The notes under the pieces were generated by a model. That model was not told where the DNA came from and did not search any database. It was given only the letters and a program-made list of their open reading frames with translations. A stretch of 63,276 nt of DNA, the filler included, from Lenisia limosa (taxonomy: Eukaryota; Protista; Breviatea), in NCBI GenBank assembly GCA_001655205.1. It is 16 parts of 16 records of this genome, joined end to end, with 100 filler letters (N's around TTAATTAATTAA, not from the genome) between each part and the next. Parts side by side here need not be neighbours in the genome. Positions count along the whole stretch, not along the records: positions 57,498 to 60,803 come from LPNZ01008964.1; positions 60,904 to 63,276 come from LPNZ01005456.1; 14 more parts are not named here. One strand, given 5' to 3'. Of this stretch, positions 57,661 to 63,276 are shown piece by piece; the stretch's first letter is position 1; each line of letters opens with the position of its first letter. The translations under genes and the position numbers were made by a program.

Positions 57661-60096
57661 CTGGGTGTCAATAAGGCCCGAACTGGCTTTGTGCATGGTG
57701 TACTCTTCGCTGCACTTACGGTCCCCTTTGAATAGCGGAATGTGCGTGATGAGAATAGTTTTGTAACCTGGGATGTCAACTTATTTCTCATTAAAATTTT
57801 CTTTTTGGTGTATTTCACAACATCACGTTTGAAGTTTGTACAAAGTTTCAAGCAAAGTTGGATAAATAATTATTTCAAAAGTTACATTACACATATCTCT
57901 CAGTTCATGAACCCACCCTTTTCCTTTGCCTGCTTCAAACGACTCAATTCGTCATAAGCCCGATGCGCTTCCTAAATAAATAAACACGGTTGCAGCAACA
58001 ACAGTGATGTGCCCGCAACCATAAATGGGTATAGATAATATAATCACGTGTCATGTTATAACGCCATTATCAAAAAAAGCAAGATGGAGGTTCGATGCAG
58101 ATTTATGGTGGACTTTTGTTTAAAAGAATCCGCAATCTTCATCTTTTCGATGTATAAGACTCTCTCCTTTGGTCTCCAGCTGATGAGGGGGGTATTAATA
58201 CCCTTAATAGTCATATTAGCATGTCATTTGACCACTGCAGCAAACTGTTAGTCGATTGCTCTATTTTCAATATTCTGATCTTCCAGCTGGCAATCACACC
58301 CTCATGGTCTTTGGTCGCAATGTTGAGAATATGTTTGGAATGACTCGTGAGACCCTGGTATCCGAGTGCGCTGGGGTTCAACTCCTCTTCTGAAAAGCTG
58401 GAAAAATCCTGACTTCCAATTGTGATTACTTATTGTTATTATTTTTAGGGCTTTACTCCCAGAAAATGACATGTCGCGATTAATTATCGATATATTCGAT
58501 AGTTTACTTTTTCGTAGCGGAGTGAATCCCTATTTTGTGTCCATTATGACGGTTCAATACAATTGACACAGGAAGGACAGGATACCCTTCCAACCGCCAC
58601 CCAATTCGAAGGTGATTTGTATAAGAGGAGAGAACACCAGCATACTTCGGCTTGCATGTTGAAACATTTTCTTTCCACCACTGAAGAAAGAGCCATGCTA
58701 TTGACAACGGAGACATAGGTAGGAGGTGCTGAACGTGTGAGTAATTTGGGAAATACCGTCACAATGTAAACATTGATATTCTTTAATTTGCAATTTTCAT
58801 ATGGTTCAGAGCATTGATACGTTTGTCGAGTTTCATAGATAAATTTGGTCTTAGAACCAAAGTGATCTTATTTGTTGACATTGCTTATCATGTAGTTTTC
58901 TGTAACAAAACAAACCTTCATAAAACAAGATGATTGCGTATAAATTCAAAACCAAGCCCCTCATACACTCCAATTATACACTCCCCCTTCCCCCCTCTCA
59001 CAGGCAGACTTCCACCAAAACCCGAAATTTGTTTTGTTGTAGTTCGTTGTGAACTTTTCGAGTCGTGACACCGTATTCTGAAATGATAAATGGGAGGGGC
59101 GGTTCCAAAAAGCACAGTAAAACAGTGGTAATATTACAATAAAATGATGTCATTATCGTTAATGTTCGAATGGAGTATCGTCTTCTGTTTTATCCTTGAT
59201 TTTATCTTAAAAACGTTGTAAAACTACGACGGATGGCGAGAGAGCCAAAAGACGTCTAAATATATAGAGATGAGAAATAATACAAGATGATATCAGGCCA
59301 AAGCCATCCACACCATCACGCTAATTAGAGATACTGGATTATACAATAGTTTAATTCAGAGAATCCCTCATGATCAAACCTCATAATGGTAGCCGATATC
59401 GTGATTGCCTGCAGCCGCAAGAAACGTTTCTCCCTAAGGGATTAAGCTGGCTTGAGTTTGGTAAAGTCAAAGCAGGAAGTTTTCGATAAATCCCCGTATT
59501 CCTGGGGTTTATTCAAGATAGTTGAAAGGGGAGTGTTGTTTGGAAGTGAATCCTTACAAAAAGCTCTGAGACAGTCAAAATGGAAAATTCAATAGAGGTG
59601 GTGATAGTGCAAAGTTTGTCACCTGCTTACAAACCAAGCTCCCCTTATTTGACCCGGCTTTTTTAGCGTAGGGAAGCCCTATACACACACCTCCTTAAGA
59701 TTTGTACAAAAACATTCCTTGCTGACCTCCTGCATATTTGTAATGGCTTTCATGGCTAGCCGTCTCCTTGACTGCTCGAAGTGGGATAAGCTTTGGAAGG
59801 ATATCATGTCCCCTAAGCAATCAGAAATCCCGTGCAATAATTACGGCTTTCTTGGTTGTCGTTATATAGTATGTAATATTATAATAAAAGTTTACCTTTC
59901 AGTGTGTTTCGCAAATGCTGATCCAACAGCGTTGATTTTGGGGTTTATTTTGTTATTTCATACCATTTTCCATTTTAACCCCCCAACCCAAGCCGGCCAT
60001 TATCATGTTCTCCACGTCAGGCGAGGCTGTGTCATCGGCAAGTTGGTTGCCCCTCAGCTCCGATGCCTCTTGTTCTTCGGTGCAAAATGCACGTGC
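57661..60096 (-). CDS. Hypothetical multi-exon protein (may be more than one gene)
   Basis: Exon-like frames ARAFCTEEQEASELRG; FSEEELNPSALGYQGLTSHSKHIL; WRPKERVLYIEKMK; EAHRAYDELSRLKQAKEK-GDRKCSEEY. Confidence 0.45.
58446..58532. mobile_element. Degenerate hAT-type MITE A
   Basis: TAGGGCTTTACTCC...GGAGTGAATCCCTA. Confidence 0.7.
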
Positions 60097-61600
60097 CTGG
60101 AGTGAAGGAAATTTAGAATGAAGAATAATTAAATATGGGAAATGTATATAGTATATATTATATAGTATAAGTTGTTTGGCCTGACCCCATGACCCCATGA
60201 AAAAAAGCGTGATTAAAAGCGTGATTTCAGTCCTCAGACCCCCAAGACCCCATGAAGATATTTATTTTCAAAATTTGGGGTCAACAAATACCCCTTACAA
60301 TTCTTTGTTTTTTCATGCAATTTTTAAATAATATACAATAATAATTAAATGATATTCAAACTTGTTTCTTAGTATTTTCAATATAATTGTCCATAACCGA
60401 TGGGAAATCAGTAATTTCACTAGATTCTGATAGTTTAAAAACTTCAATAGTCAAAGCTCCGGACACCTTGAGTTTTCCATACAAAATCACCATAAACCAC
60501 CCAGAAACCCTATTTCCCTTCTGTTTTTGAAAGTAATCTCAATCTTAATCAAATAATGAAACCCTAACATATTATCGGGTCAAAACCAAATTAAGTCCCT
60601 AAGCTCTCTATTTACGGTCCAAAAACGGTCAAAAACAAGCAAAAACCGTTATAAAAGGCCACATTCAAGGAATAAATGGCAACTATCCGGGAAAGTTTAC
60701 CCCTGTAGACAGTGCTATTTTTAGCATTTCCCCTCAAAATTCTCCATTACATAGCCAAAGCAAATGGGAACCCGGAACCAATTACTCCGAGGGGTACAAA
60801 TTTNNNNNNNNNNNNNNNNNNNNNNNNNNNNNNNNNNNNNNNNNNNNTTAATTAATTAANNNNNNNNNNNNNNNNNNNNNNNNNNNNNNNNNNNNNNNNN
60901 NNNCGCACAACATACCCCCTTCCCGTCATACCCTTCTACTTATTATATACATCGTTTTCCAATCATAGCTAATTACCTTTTCCCACCCGCCGAGCATTCT
61001 CAAGGATTGATCGTTTTTTAAAGTTACCTCATACATCTTGGTATTTGTTATGAATGTGTACAGACTACCCTTGTAAACAACGTGACATTTTTACCCTATT
61101 CTTTAGTATGGTTTAGCTTAAATATTTCAATTATTTCAAAATATAGTTGTAAAGAAAGTGTTTTAAGGGGGCAAATATATACAACCTATCATTCTTCGTT
61201 ATTTCAAAAGCGATGTTTTATCACTCAATAGAACTCTGAAAACAAAGAAACTGTGAATAAAGAGGAAAAAGTTGTTAGATTTTTTTCAGAAAAAAGAAAA
61301 AAAGAATGGACGGTGCGATATGTTTGTATCAATGAAACCAGGTCATTTGACAAAAGCCTTAGAAATATTATTTCCTTGTATCACAACTATCTCTGAATAT
61401 AAACCCCCCTATACAATAACCCAGGAGGATCTCCCTACTACTGATAATAAAACCAAAGATGTGTTTGTACTGTGGAGTGGGAGGGCTTCCCACGGTCCGA
61501 AAAAAGACCAGCAAACTATCAATTTTTATCCATAATTTATCGGGAAGACCGGGGGGAAGTCCTAGGAGTGAGTTCAGGTAGCACTTTTGGTACCCATAGT

Positions 61601-62880
61601 TTACCACATGGCCTTCAACACAGTCTTGGTGAGTGACTTGCCCTCGAAGTTCTCCTTCCCTACAGCGCAAACAAAGACCAATATCCGCTTGGCCTCATTG
61701 ATCCGGTTATTCACCGTTGCGCCGAGCAATACTGTCAAGCAATATCCCAATATGCACCATTGGGCTAAAAAAAGACCACAACAACAAGACATCAAACAGC
61801 AATGGACCCCCCCACACGCACACTTCAGACCGAACAAGACATATTTTTACAATATTTCCTCGATGAATATCAATAGTCTACGAATTGTTTTACATAATAC
61901 CGCACCCCCACCCCCCTTAAGTTATAAAACAAAATAGTATTGCAGGCAAACCATTGAAAGCTCCTTATGTGGAATGGCATTAAGAGGGCGCATACCGGGA
62001 GGAGATCCACCTTTCTAAAAATATTAGAAGAGCAGAATCACGGACAACCACCCACTGTTGATAGATTCACGGCGTCCTGCCAGCTGGTGATGGTAGTAAA
62101 GGCCTTATTGGAGACCACATATGGCCACAGGTCCCGTCCAATTTTCTGCAGCCGAGCCAGCAGGACACGGGTCTCTAGGTCGAGGGTGTCATCACCGACA
62201 AGGGCGGTGGCCTCCCTTTCGACGCGGCCTTGCGCCTCGCGCTTCCGGGTCTCATCAAACATTGCAAACACATCCGTCTAATCAGGTAACTCATGGAAAT
62301 TGTAATTACAGAGATTCAACCCTACAACTTTACTCGACATATTGGTAGCTCTCTTCCACTACATACACAAGAGGTGATGCATTCGGCGTGAGGGGGTCCT
62401 GTAGTGTTAACTTTTTTCACAATACTAAATACAATAGTGAAGTAAAATACATCATTATGCAAAATGATAACCTAAATCAAGTAAGTAAGAGAGAAACAAT
62501 TACATGAATGACTTATATACAATAGACATACATTTATATCTGATCTGATATACATAAATCATATCGGATAGCCATATTATATCATATAATATACTATATC
62601 ATATAGTAGATATATTTGGGAGGAATTGACTGGAGGTACACATTAATAGTCAATTGACAACTTTTATAAACTAACCGAAGATCGTGGTGTGATGCTGGGA
62701 TTCTGAGAGGTTTGGGGATGAGCAAACTGCAAAGAAGGAAGTCGTGGCTGGGTGGTCAAAACTTCATGCTAGCTTTCATAATGGTAAGAAATCGCACGTG
62801 TTTCTTGACTCACCGGCTCGCGTGAGGTAACTGGATGTTGCAAGGGAACCTGAGGGCAGGCCTCTGGGCTGAGGGGGGGA
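61601..62880 (-). CDS. Hypothetical multi-exon protein
   Basis: GC-rich exon TDVFAMFDETRKREAQGRVEREATALVGDDTLDLETRVLLARLQKIGRDLWPY...; LLGATVNNRINEAKRILVFVCAVGKENFEGK. Confidence 0.55.
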
Positions 62881-63276
62881 GAGGTGAAAGTAGAAAATGA
62901 AACAAACCAAACCCAATTCATTTNNNNNNNNNNNNNNNNNNNNNNNNNNNNNNNNNNNNNNNNNNNNNNNNNNNNNNNNNNNNNNNNNNNNNNNNNNNNN
63001 NNNNNNNNNNNNNNNNNNNNNNNNNNNNNNNNNNNNNNNNNNNNNNNNNNNNNNNNNNNNNNNNNNATTGTACTTTCAAATTCTTTGCAAAAACTTTTTG
63101 ACATTCGCAGTGATAATTGACCAACAACTTTTTAATTACACCTGATATACTCGCGATAAACCCTCGTGTTATCTTTCTTCATCATTTCGGCTCGAAAGTT
63201 GGTCATATGGTCACAAATGGATGGATTAACATAACACATAAAAATATTATGTTATAGGTTGGTTTGGAAACCGTGG

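Noticed and set aside
1362-60859. Recurrent TTAATTAATTAA motif as a CRISPR repeat or regulatory site
   Set aside because: Always embedded in a 100-nt N spacer; it is an artificial contig linker.
2152-61564. Palindromic family A copies as a CRISPR array or REP-like elements
   Set aside because: Dispersed, with no regular spacers, 8-bp TSDs and a eukaryotic intronic context: a MITE.

Overview
Eukaryotic, not prokaryotic. The window is an artificial concatenation of 16 small scaffolds (about 1-10.5 kb) joined by 15 N44-TTAATTAATTAA-N44 spacers, so neighbouring scaffolds are not biologically adjacent. The DNA comes from an intron-rich unicellular eukaryote; I cannot identify the species, and an amoebozoan is only a guess. 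Most supplied ORFs are single exons, antisense frames or N-spanning artefacts, so I rebuilt genes by hand from GT-AG sites, without RNA evidence. Recognisable spliced genes: TBC1D15/17-like RabGAP, aprataxin, DCN1, WDR43/UTP5, a D-2-hydroxyacid dehydrogenase, a WD40 protein, a large Kelch-repeat gene, a sushi/CCP-like protein, a Cys-rich repeat protein, a KDZ (Kyakuja-Dileera-Zisupton) transposase and an intronless tRNA-Ile(UAU). Repeats: at least 25 copies of a ~100 bp hAT-type MITE (8-bp target site duplications seen in five), a TA-flanked Tc1/mariner MITE, a probable Tc1 transposase relic and three unclassified dispersed families. The best candidate for something undescribed is the intron architecture. 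Many introns start GT-G(n) and end C(n)-AG, one repeat family is anchored at intron 3' ends in unrelated genes (introner-like), splice junctions are repeatedly duplicated, and one exon carries an in-frame 111-nt G-run/C-run hairpin insertion templated from its own sequence. I considered UGA recoding and rejected it.
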